In this document: positions 9,664 to 16,404 of the stretch, piece after piece
Layout of the letters: each line of letters begins with the position of its first letter
Numbering within the stretch: position 1 is the stretch's first letter
NCBI GenBank assembly: GCA_029862975.1
Contig: JAOTWP010000001.1
Span: 11,676 to 75,675 of the forward strand
Reading direction: 5' to 3'
DNA: 64,000 bases
Origin: Acidobacteriota bacterium
GTDB taxonomy: Bacteria > Acidobacteriota > Thermoanaerobaculia > Multivoradales > JAHEKO01
Notes under the pieces: generated by a model
Database searches by the model: none
The model's input: the letters and a program-made list of their open reading frames with translations, nothing else
What the model was told of the DNA's origin: nothing
Program-made: the position numbers and the translations under genes

Positions 9664-9751
9664 GGTTGGCGTCGAATGCGTAACTATCTGCAAGAAATGA
9701 CTTTATCCATGTACCCGAGGCAGGACGGCGGCAGCGGAGCGCGCCCTGATC

Positions 9752-9766
9752 GTTACGTTAGGTAAC
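9752..9766. promoter_or_regulatory. AT-rich inverted repeat GTTAC-N5-GTAAC, candidate enhancer (UAS) site overlapping the kinase stop codon
   Basis: Read directly. About 89 bp upstream of the -24 element at 9663. Same 5-N5-5 geometry as the palindrome upstream of pilA, but different half-sites. Confidence 0.3.
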
Positions 9767-11221
9767 AATCATGCCAAGCGGCAGCGACACCACCGCTTCG
9801 GTGCCTCCCCCGGCGCGGGGCGCGAGCCGCAACGTCGCCCCGTGGAGCTCGAGGATGCGCTGGGCCAGGGGCAGCCCGAGGCCCACGCCCTCGTCCCGGG
9901 TGGTGGCGAAGGGCGCGAACAGCTCCTCGACGCGCTCCGCGGCAACGCCCGGCCCGCGGTCGGCGATGACCAGCGAAAGAGACGCCTCGCCGCGGGTGAC
10001 GGTGAGCTCGAGCGGCTCGGTGGCCGCCGCTTCGCGGGCGGCCTGAGCCGCGTTGAGCAGGAGGTTGCGCAGGGCGCGCTCGAGGAGCTGCCGGTCGGCG
10101 CGGATCCGGACCGGGCCGCCCAGCTCGTCGCGCAGCCGCACCTCCTGGTCGCCGAGTCCCGGATCGGCCGCGACGCGGGCCGCGAGCTCGTTGAGCGACA
10201 GGGTCTCGAGGCGCGCCTCGGGCCGAGCAAACGACAGGAAGTCCTCCAGCACCCGGTGCAGCTGATCGCTCTCGCTGCGCATCTCGCCGAGGTAGTCGGT
10301 GACCGATTCCTCGTCCGGATGACGCTCGATGAGGGTCAGGTAGCCGCGCAGGGCCGCGAGGCTGTTGCGCAGCTCGTGGGCGAGCCCGGCCGACATCCTG
10401 CCGAGCTGGGCGAGGCTCGAGGCCCGGCGCTCCTCCTCCGCGCGCCTTCGCGCCTGGGTCAGGTCGACGAAGAGGGCCAGCACGCCGCGGATCGTGCCGT
10501 CGTCGCGGCGCAGGGGGTGGGCCGTGAGGCCGAGGGTCGCCGACCCGCCCGCGGCGTCGGCGATCTCCAGCTCCTGGCGCGAGACTCCCTGGCCGGCTTC
10601 GTTGGCTTGGAGCAAGATCTCCACGAGCTGCGGGTGGCGGGCGCAGTAGTCGGCCACGGCCGGCGCGGCGAGCGGGGCGGGCGGCAGGCCCAACAGCGCG
10701 GCGCCCACCGCGTTGACGGCGAGGACGCGATTGCCGCTGTCGACGAGCAGGACCCCGCTGTCGAGGCTCGAGCCCAGAGCCCGCCGGAGGCTGGCGATCT
10801 CCCGTTCGTCGGGCTCCTCGCCGCCGCCCCGAGCGAGTGCGGTGATCGCGCGCTCGAACGTCGACACGAGGAAGTCGATCTCGTCGCCGCCGCCGTCCTC
10901 GCCCTCGGCGGCCACCCCCCGGGCCTGGCGCAGCAGCGTCTCGACGGGAGTCACCAGGTGGCGCAGATACAGCAGGACCAGCAGGGTGAGGGCCACGTTG
11001 ACCGAGGTGACGAGCCAGGTCAGCCGGCGCACGAGCACGGACTGGTAGGCGAGCTCGCCGGCCGGCTCCGCCGCCGCCCCCGGCAGCGCCAGCTGAAGCT
11101 CCGCGATGGCGTTGCGATACGCGAGCAGGGTGACCGTCGAAACGAGCACGAGCAGCAAGGTGACGAGCGGCAGCAGGATCGAGACCTCCCGCACCCAGCC
11201 GATGCGCGGCGGCCGCTTCAC
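9758..11221 (-). CDS. sensor histidine kinase (two TM helices with short loop, PAS-like region, HisKA, HATPase_c)
   Basis: H-box SAGLAHELRNSL. N-box LRNLLLNAAQA. G-boxes DRGPGV and GVGLGL. Start is a GTG forming a GTGA overlap with the pilD stop (start uncertain). Tail of track ORF 9758..12067. Confidence 0.85.
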   Translation of the reverse strand: MKRPPRIGWVREVSILLPLVTLLLVLVSTVTLLAYRNAIAELQLALPGAAAEPAGELAYQSVLVRRLTWLVTSVNVALTLLVLLYLRHLVTPVETLLRQARGVAAEGEDGGGDEIDFLVSTFERAITALARGGGEEPDEREIASLRRALGSSLDSGVLLVDSGNRVLAVNAVGAALLGLPPAPLAAPAVADYCARHPQLVEILLQANEAGQGVSRQELEIADAAGGSATLGLTAHPLRRDDGTIRGVLALFVDLTQARRRAEEERRASSLAQLGRMSAGLAHELRNSLAALRGYLTLIERHPDEESVTDYLGEMRSESDQLHRVLEDFLSFARPEARLETLSLNELAARVAADPGLGDQEVRLRDELGGPVRIRADRQLLERALRNLLLNAAQAAREAAATEPLELTVTRGEASLSLVIADRGPGVAAERVEELFAPFATTRDEGVGLGLPLAQRILELHGATLRLAPRAGGGTEAVVSLPLGMIVT

Positions 11222-11988
11222 AGCAGGCCCAGGTAGGCGTCGACGAGGCGGCCGCGGGAGAACAGCGCCGCGAGGGCGCCGAGGGCGAGAAAGGCGCCGA
11301 AGGGCAGCTTCGAGGTGAGGCCGGCACGGCGCAGCGCCAGCAGTGCGAGCCCGACGAGAGCGCCCGCGAGGGCGCCGGCGAAGAGGCTGAGCAGGACGCC
11401 CTTCCAGCCCAGGAAGGCGCCGACGAGGGCCATGAGGTTGACGTCGCCGAGACCCATCCCCTCCTCTTCGCGCAGCCAGTACCAGGCGTTGATGAGGAGG
11501 ATCAGCAGGCCGGCGCCCACCAGCATGCCGAGCACGGCGTCGAGAAGGGTGACGCCGTCGATCCACGGCTGCAGCGCGAGGCCGGCAGCCATTCCCGGGA
11601 ACGTCAGCTTGTCCGGCAGCAGCAGGTGCTCGAGATCGATGAGAGCGAGCGGCAGGAGCAGGGCGCAGAAGACGGCCGCCGCCAGGGCCTGGGGGCGCGG
11701 CCCGAACGTCAGCACGCAGCCGACGAAGAGGGCCGCCGTGGCCAGCTCGACCAGGGGATAGCGCACCGAGATGCGGGCGCCGCACGAGCGGCAGCGGCCG
11801 CGGAGCCACAGGTACGAGGCCACGGGGACGTTGTCGAGGGCCCGTAGCTCGGCGCCGCACGCCGGACAGGCCGAGCGCGGGCTGATGGTGGACAGCCCGC
11901 GGGGGAGGCGGTGGACGACGACGTTCAAGTAGCTGCCGACGACCAGACCGGCGAGTGCGGCCGCGAGCGCGGCCAGCGGAAACGGCAC
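11218..11988 (-). CDS. pilD: prepilin peptidase / N-methyltransferase (A24 family)
   Basis: VVGSYLNVVVHRLP, Cys-pair motif CPACGAEL..CRSCGARIS, polytopic membrane protein, catalytic GLGDVNLM segment. Confidence 0.9.
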   Translation of the reverse strand: MPFPLAALAAALAGLVVGSYLNVVVHRLPRGLSTISPRSACPACGAELRALDNVPVASYLWLRGRCRSCGARISVRYPLVELATAALFVGCVLTFGPRPQALAAAVFCALLLPLALIDLEHLLLPDKLTFPGMAAGLALQPWIDGVTLLDAVLGMLVGAGLLILLINAWYWLREEEGMGLGDVNLMALVGAFLGWKGVLLSLFAGALAGALVGLALLALRRAGLTSKLPFGAFLALGALAALFSRGRLVDAYLGLL

Positions 11989-12015
11989 GGCCGGATTGTA
12001 CGGGAACCCGCGGCG

Positions 12016-12432
12016 CTACCGGGGGTCGGCGCCGGCGCCGTCCGCCGCGTTGCCCGCGGCGCCACACGGGCGCGCCGCGAGGGTCGCCTCGACGTCCGGG
12101 CCGAGGGCGGCGCGCAGCTCGCGCAGGACGGCCTCGGCGTCGCTCCCGTCGCCGTCGAGCGAGACCTCGACGAGCGCCGTGGCCCGCGGCGCGATGACGT
12201 TCACGGCGCCGGCGGCCGTGAGCGCCACGATGCGCTGCCGGCGCGGCGGCTCGGAGGTCCGCGCCCAGGCCGGCAGCCGGTCGAGGGCCCGGATCAGCCG
12301 ATGCGCCGCCGAGTGGGGCACGAGGGTCGCGCCATGGGCGCCGCGCCCCTCGGCGGAGATCTCGACGACGGCGCAGCCGCCCGCGGGGGGCGGCGCGGCG
12401 GTGGCGACGAGGACGAGCAGGGCGGCGATCAA
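12016..12432 (-). CDS. orphan M20-peptidase dimerisation-domain-like ORF (possible gene remnant)
   Basis: ISAEGRGAHGA..PHSAAHRLIRALDRL..LTAAGAVNVIAPRATALVEVSL resembles the M20 dimerisation insert only; no metal-ligand catalytic domain. TTG start with no SD, abutted by tandem repeats. Confidence 0.35.
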   Translation of the reverse strand: MIAALLVLVATAAPPPAGGCAVVEISAEGRGAHGATLVPHSAAHRLIRALDRLPAWARTSEPPRRQRIVALTAAGAVNVIAPRATALVEVSLDGDGSDAEAVLRELRAALGPDVEATLAARPCGAAGNAADGAGADPR

Positions 12433-12440
12433 GGCAGGCT

Positions 12441-12488
12441 CAGTCTATCCATCCGGCAGTCTGTCCATCCGGCAGTCCGTCCATGCGG
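12441..12488. repeat. three tandem 16-bp direct repeats (CAGTCYRTCCATSCGG)
   Basis: Read directly: cagtctatccatccgg / cagtctgtccatccgg / cagtccgtccatgcgg, followed by a degenerate fourth copy. Located between the pilA terminator and the ORF at 12432. Confidence 0.85.
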
Positions 12489-12510
12489 GGAGTCGATCGT
12501 GCCGGAGAGC

Positions 12511-12545
12511 AAGAAAAAGGGCGGCACCGCCGGAGCGATGCCGCC
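12511..12545 (-). terminator. rho-independent terminator downstream of pilA
   Basis: Minus strand: GGCGGCATCGC-TCCG-GCGGTGCCGCC (11-bp stem with one G.U, tetraloop) followed by CTTTTTCTT. Confidence 0.8.
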
Positions 12546-12585
12546 AAGGGGTAGGTCCTACTCCGAAAAGGTTCCGGCCGCGGCC

Positions 12586-13128
12586 CTAGCCGCCGCCGAC
12601 CTTGGCGCCGGCCGGGTAGTTGATGAAGAAGCCGTCGGCCCAGACGATGTCCTCGTCGTAGTCCGTGGCGATGAACGGCCCGACCGGGTACAGGTCGGTC
12701 TCGAACGCGTCGTTGCGGCCGGGGCTGCGGATGCCCATCACCTGGGCGCCGAGCAGCGTCGCGGCCAGGCGGTACTCGTAGAGGTTGCCCCAGCCGTCGA
12801 ACTTGGGCACCGTCTGGATGTAGAAGAAGGTCGTGCTTGGGAACAGGGTGCTCTGCAGCTCTTCCGCCGTGAGCGTGGTGCCGAAGGCGAAGTTGTAGGT
12901 CTGGGCGCCGGCCGCGGCCGCGCCGACCTGGTCGGTCAGCCAGGAGAACCAGGCCGCGCCGACGTTGCGCACGTCGCCTACCGTCCGCTTCTGCTTGGCC
13001 TTCTGCAGGGCGTCGAGCAGGTTGGGGATGAGGATCGCCGCGATGATCCCGATGATCGCCACGACGATGAGCAGCTCGATGAGGGTAAAACCCTTCTGGC
13101 TGCGCTTGCGGTTGAGGTAATTGATCAT
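12586..13128 (-). CDS. pilA: major type IV pilin (PilA-like)
   Basis: MINYLNRKRSQKGFTLIELLIVVAIIGIIAAILIPN, a classical G|FTLIE prepilin N-terminus. 180 aa. Strong SD (GGGAGGAAG). Own sigma-54 promoter and terminator. Locally lower GC. Confidence 0.85.
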   Translation of the reverse strand: MINYLNRKRSQKGFTLIELLIVVAIIGIIAAILIPNLLDALQKAKQKRTVGDVRNVGAAWFSWLTDQVGAAAAGAQTYNFAFGTTLTAEELQSTLFPSTTFFYIQTVPKFDGWGNLYEYRLAATLLGAQVMGIRSPGRNDAFETDLYPVGPFIATDYDEDIVWADGFFINYPAGAKVGGG

Positions 13129-13178
13129 TCTGTCTTCCTCCCTGGGGTTTGTAGGTTCTACCGCTCGCCGCCCTGGTT

Positions 13179-13194
13179 TGCAGGCGGCGTGCCA
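13179..13194 (-). promoter_or_regulatory. sigma-54 (-24/-12) promoter of pilA
   Basis: Minus strand reads TGGCACG-CCGC-CTGCA, a 1-mismatch fit to TGGCACG-N4-TTGCW. About 50 nt upstream of the pilA ATG. Confidence 0.75.
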
Positions 13195-13270
13195 GAGGTC
13201 AAATCCCTGACGACAAGAGACTTGAGGGCTGCCCGCGAGCCCGGATCATGGCATGCAGCGTCAGTCCGCC

Positions 13271-13285
13271 TGACAATATCTGTCA
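13271..13285. promoter_or_regulatory. AT-rich palindrome TGACA-N5-TGTCA, candidate bEBP (PilR-like) enhancer site upstream of pilA
   Basis: Read directly. 77 bp upstream of the -24 element, in the 174-bp intergenic region. Further GACA/TGTC-type motifs nearby. Confidence 0.45.
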
Positions 13286-13302
13286 CAGCCCGGCGACATC
13301 CG

Positions 13303-14754
13303 TCAGCGCGCGGCGGCCTCCGCCGGAGCCGGGCGGGCGGCGTCGGCCAGCCGGCGGACGGTCTCGACGTAGACCTCGACGCCGGCGACGAAGCCGGGCA
13401 GGTTGATCCGCTCGTTGCGCGTGTCGGCGCGGTAGGACTCGATGCTGAAGACGAGGAACGGCGAGAAGCCGTAGGACGCCACCCCGCGCTGGCGGAAGAA
13501 GCGAGCGTCCGTGGCGCTCCAGGACAGGAAGTACGGCCCGACGGGAGTGCCGGCATGGGCCGCGGCGAGGGACTCTTCGAGAATCCGGAAGTCGGCCGAC
13601 GTGGTCGAGCTGCCGCCGGCGGCGCCGAGCGGCTCGTCGAAGCGCACGTCGAGGCCGTGCGTCAACCAGGGTGGCAGGAGCTCGGCGAAGACGCGGTCGG
13701 CGTCGGCGCCCGGCAGCAGATGGGCCATCATCGGCAGCCGGTAGCCGCCGTCGGCGGTGCGCTCGACGGGGAAGGGCACGATCTCGTTGAGAAAGAGCGA
13801 CCGCAGATAGGCCGGGAAGACCTGGAAGTGGGTCGGGTTGGCCTCCCCCTGGAGCAGGGATCCGAGCATGCGGCGGAACCACTTCTCCTCGCGGGTGGGC
13901 GCGTAGGTGCGCAGGAAGTCCCGGACCTCCGGCGTGAGGACCGGCGTGCCGAGCTCGCGCTGCCGGCGATAGAGCTCCTTGAAGAGCCAGTCCAGCGGGG
14001 CGCGGCTGCGGAAGCAGGCCTCGCCGGCCGCGAAGCGCTTCTGCCCGGCCTCGATACCCCAGTACTTGATCTCGGAGACGCTGACCGGCTCGACGACGCC
14101 GCCCTCGGTGAGGACGAGATCGAAGCGCTCGGCGAGCTCGGGATGCTCGCGCAGGATCCAGCGCGTTCCCAGGCGGCTGCCGCTCTCCTCGTCCGCGGTG
14201 GCGAGGAAGATGACCGAGCGCTCCGGCCTTTCGGGTCGCGCCGCCAGCGCGCGCAGCGCCAGGAGCTGCGCGATCGCCAGGCTCTTCATGTCGAAGGCGC
14301 CGCGCCCGTAGAGGAAGGGAGGCTCGATCTCGCCGCCGAACGGCTCGAACGCCCACGCCTCGGGCTCGAGCACCCGGAAGACGTCGATGTGGTTGTGCAG
14401 CACGATCGCCTCGCGGCGGCGGCCCTCGAGGATCGCCCACAGGTTGGCGCGGCCGTCGCCGAGCTCCTCGAGGACCGGCTCGAGACCCATGAGGCGCAGC
14501 TCCTCGGCGAGGAAGCGGGCGCCCTCGATCTCGCGCTCGGTGGTGTCGATGCGGACGTAGCGGCGCAGCAGCTCCACCTCGGGGCGCGCCTCCCACTCCT
14601 CGCGGGTGCCGCTCTGCTCCTCGAGGGTGCCCAGCTTCCGGCTGAAGCTGTGGGTGACGGCGAAGACCGCGAGGCCGCTCAGCGCGAAGCTCGAATAGAG
14701 CGCCCACCGTGCCGCGCGGCGGTGCTGGCGTTGGAATGGCGTGTATCCGGACAC
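13303..14754 (-). CDS. membrane-anchored M20/M25/M40 family metallohydrolase (paralog A)
   Basis: N-terminal TM RWALYSSFALSGLAVFAVTHSF. M20 motifs: LHNHIDV, YGRGAFDMKS, ATADEESGS. GTG start at 14754 is tentative. Tail of track ORF 13303..16164. Confidence 0.75.
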   Translation of the reverse strand: MSGYTPFQRQHRRAARWALYSSFALSGLAVFAVTHSFSRKLGTLEEQSGTREEWEARPEVELLRRYVRIDTTEREIEGARFLAEELRLMGLEPVLEELGDGRANLWAILEGRRREAIVLHNHIDVFRVLEPEAWAFEPFGGEIEPPFLYGRGAFDMKSLAIAQLLALRALAARPERPERSVIFLATADEESGSRLGTRWILREHPELAERFDLVLTEGGVVEPVSVSEIKYWGIEAGQKRFAAGEACFRSRAPLDWLFKELYRRQRELGTPVLTPEVRDFLRTYAPTREEKWFRRMLGSLLQGEANPTHFQVFPAYLRSLFLNEIVPFPVERTADGGYRLPMMAHLLPGADADRVFAELLPPWLTHGLDVRFDEPLGAAGGSSTTSADFRILEESLAAAHAGTPVGPYFLSWSATDARFFRQRGVASYGFSPFLVFSIESYRADTRNERINLPGFVAGVEVYVETVRRLADAARPAPAEAAAR

Positions 14755-14823
14755 GGCGAGGCCGCGGCGGGGCGGGCCGGGAGCGGCCGCGGGCTCCGCG
14801 GTCGGGTATTGTACGGATCCGCC

Positions 14824-16404
14824 ATGACGACAACCAGCGCAGGGCGCGGCGGTGCGCCCGCCGAGGACCGGGCGGCGAGGCTCCTGGCCCTCGCCGGCGC
14901 GGCGCTGGCCATCGCCTACGTCGCGACCGGCTGGCGAGCCCTGCGCCGCCTCGGGCTGCCGCTCGACGACAGCTGGATCCACCTCCAGTTCGCGCGCAGC
15001 CTCGCCGCCGGCCACGGGCTGGCGTTCGAGCCGGGCGAGCTGGTCGCGGGCTCCACCGCGCCGCTGTGGACGGCGCTCGTCTCCCTGCTGGAGCCGTTGC
15101 CGGGCTCGCCCGTGGCCCGGGTGCAGGCGCTGGGCATCGTCGTCTTCGCGGCCGGGATCCCCGTCCTCTACGGCCTCGGTCGCGACCTCGGGCTCGGCCG
15201 CGGGCTCGCGGCGTTCGGCGCGGCGCTCTACGCGCTCACCGGGCCGATGGTGTGGTCGGCCGTCTCCGGTCTCGAGGTGCCCCTCTTCGTGCTGCTCTCG
15301 CTGGCCGCGACGCGATGCCACGTGCAGGACCGCGCGGCCCCGAGGGGCGTCGCGCTCTCGCTGCCGCTTTTCGCGCTCTCGGCGCTCGCGCGCCCGGAGG
15401 GTCTCCTGCTCCTCGCGCTGGCGGTGCTCGACCGGGCCGTGGCGGTGCGCGGCCGCTGGCGCGACGGGCTCGCGGGAGCCTGGGCGGGCCTGGTTCTGGC
15501 GGCGATCGTGCTCGCGCCGGTGGCGCTCTTCAACCTCTCGGTCTCGGGCTCGCTGCTGCCGACGACCTTCGCGGCCAAGAGCGGCGGGGTGCGCGGCCTC
15601 CTGCCCAGCCTGCGGTACCTGCACACGGTTCTCGGGATCCTGTTCCGGGCTCAGCCCTACATGACCCTCCTCGCCGGGGCCGGCGTCGTGGCCCTGGCGC
15701 GGCGGGCGGGGGGCGACCGCGACTCCGGGCTCCTGCCCGCGCTGTGGGTGTGCGGGCTTCCCCTCGCCTACTCCTGCTTTTCCTCCCCGGGCGGCGCTCT
15801 CGTCGGCAACTTCGGGCGCTACCACTATCCGCTCTTCCCCTTCGTGATCCTCCTCGGCTGCCTGGGCCTGTCGCTCGCCGGCGCGGCCCGCGCCACGCCC
15901 CGCGGGCGCGCGGGGCGCCTGGCGCTGGCGGCGGCGGGCCTCGTGATCGCCTGGCCCACCGTCGGACACCTCGTCACGACCGCGGGTCAGTACGTGCGCA
16001 GCGTCCGCGACATCGAGGATGGCGACGTGGCGGCGGCGCGCTGGCTCGCCCCGCGGCTGCCGGCCGGCGCCAGCCTGGCGGTCAACGACATCGGGGCGAT
16101 CAAGTACCTGCTGCCCGAGCACCGGATCTTCGATCTCGCGGGCATCGTCACTCCCGAGGTGCATCGCTACACGAGAGCCGCGGTCGCCGCGGGCGGCCGC
16201 TGGGAGGAGGGGATCCGGGCCTATCTCGACCGCGTGCGGCCGGACTACCTCGTGGTGTTTCCGAGCTGGTTCCCCGGGCTCCTCGCGTCCGACGGCTCGT
16301 TCCGTCCGATCCGGGAGTTCTCCGTCCCCGGCAACATCGCCCTGGGCGGCGACCGGCTGGCGATCTACTCGACCCCGTGGACCCGCGAGGAGGTGCGGCC
16401 GTGA
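14824..16404 (+). CDS. polytopic GT-C-like membrane glycosyltransferase (ArnT/PMT/arabinofuranosyltransferase-like)
   Basis: About 12 hydrophobic segments. Acidic DD motif directly after TM1 (LPLDDSWIHLQFARSLAAGHGLAFEPGE..GSTAPLW). C-terminal soluble domain. ATG at 14824, in frame with track ORF 11911..16404. Confidence 0.6.
   Translation: MTTTSAGRGGAPAEDRAARLLALAGAALAIAYVATGWRALRRLGLPLDDSWIHLQFARSLAAGHGLAFEPGELVAGSTAPLWTALVSLLEPLPGSPVARVQALGIVVFAAGIPVLYGLGRDLGLGRGLAAFGAALYALTGPMVWSAVSGLEVPLFVLLSLAATRCHVQDRAAPRGVALSLPLFALSALARPEGLLLLALAVLDRAVAVRGRWRDGLAGAWAGLVLAAIVLAPVALFNLSVSGSLLPTTFAAKSGGVRGLLPSLRYLHTVLGILFRAQPYMTLLAGAGVVALARRAGGDRDSGLLPALWVCGLPLAYSCFSSPGGALVGNFGRYHYPLFPFVILLGCLGLSLAGAARATPRGRAGRLALAAAGLVIAWPTVGHLVTTAGQYVRSVRDIEDGDVAAARWLAPRLPAGASLAVNDIGAIKYLLPEHRIFDLAGIVTPEVHRYTRAAVAAGGRWEEGIRAYLDRVRPDYLVVFPSWFPGLLASDGSFRPIREFSVPGNIALGGDRLAIYSTPWTREEVRP

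Noticed and set aside
12016-12432. Calling the 138-aa ORF a bona fide stand-alone gene.
   Set aside because: It is not fully rejected, only downgraded: it has a TTG start without an SD, contains only the M20 dimerisation insert, and abuts a repeat array. It may be a decayed paralog, so it is reported with low confidence.
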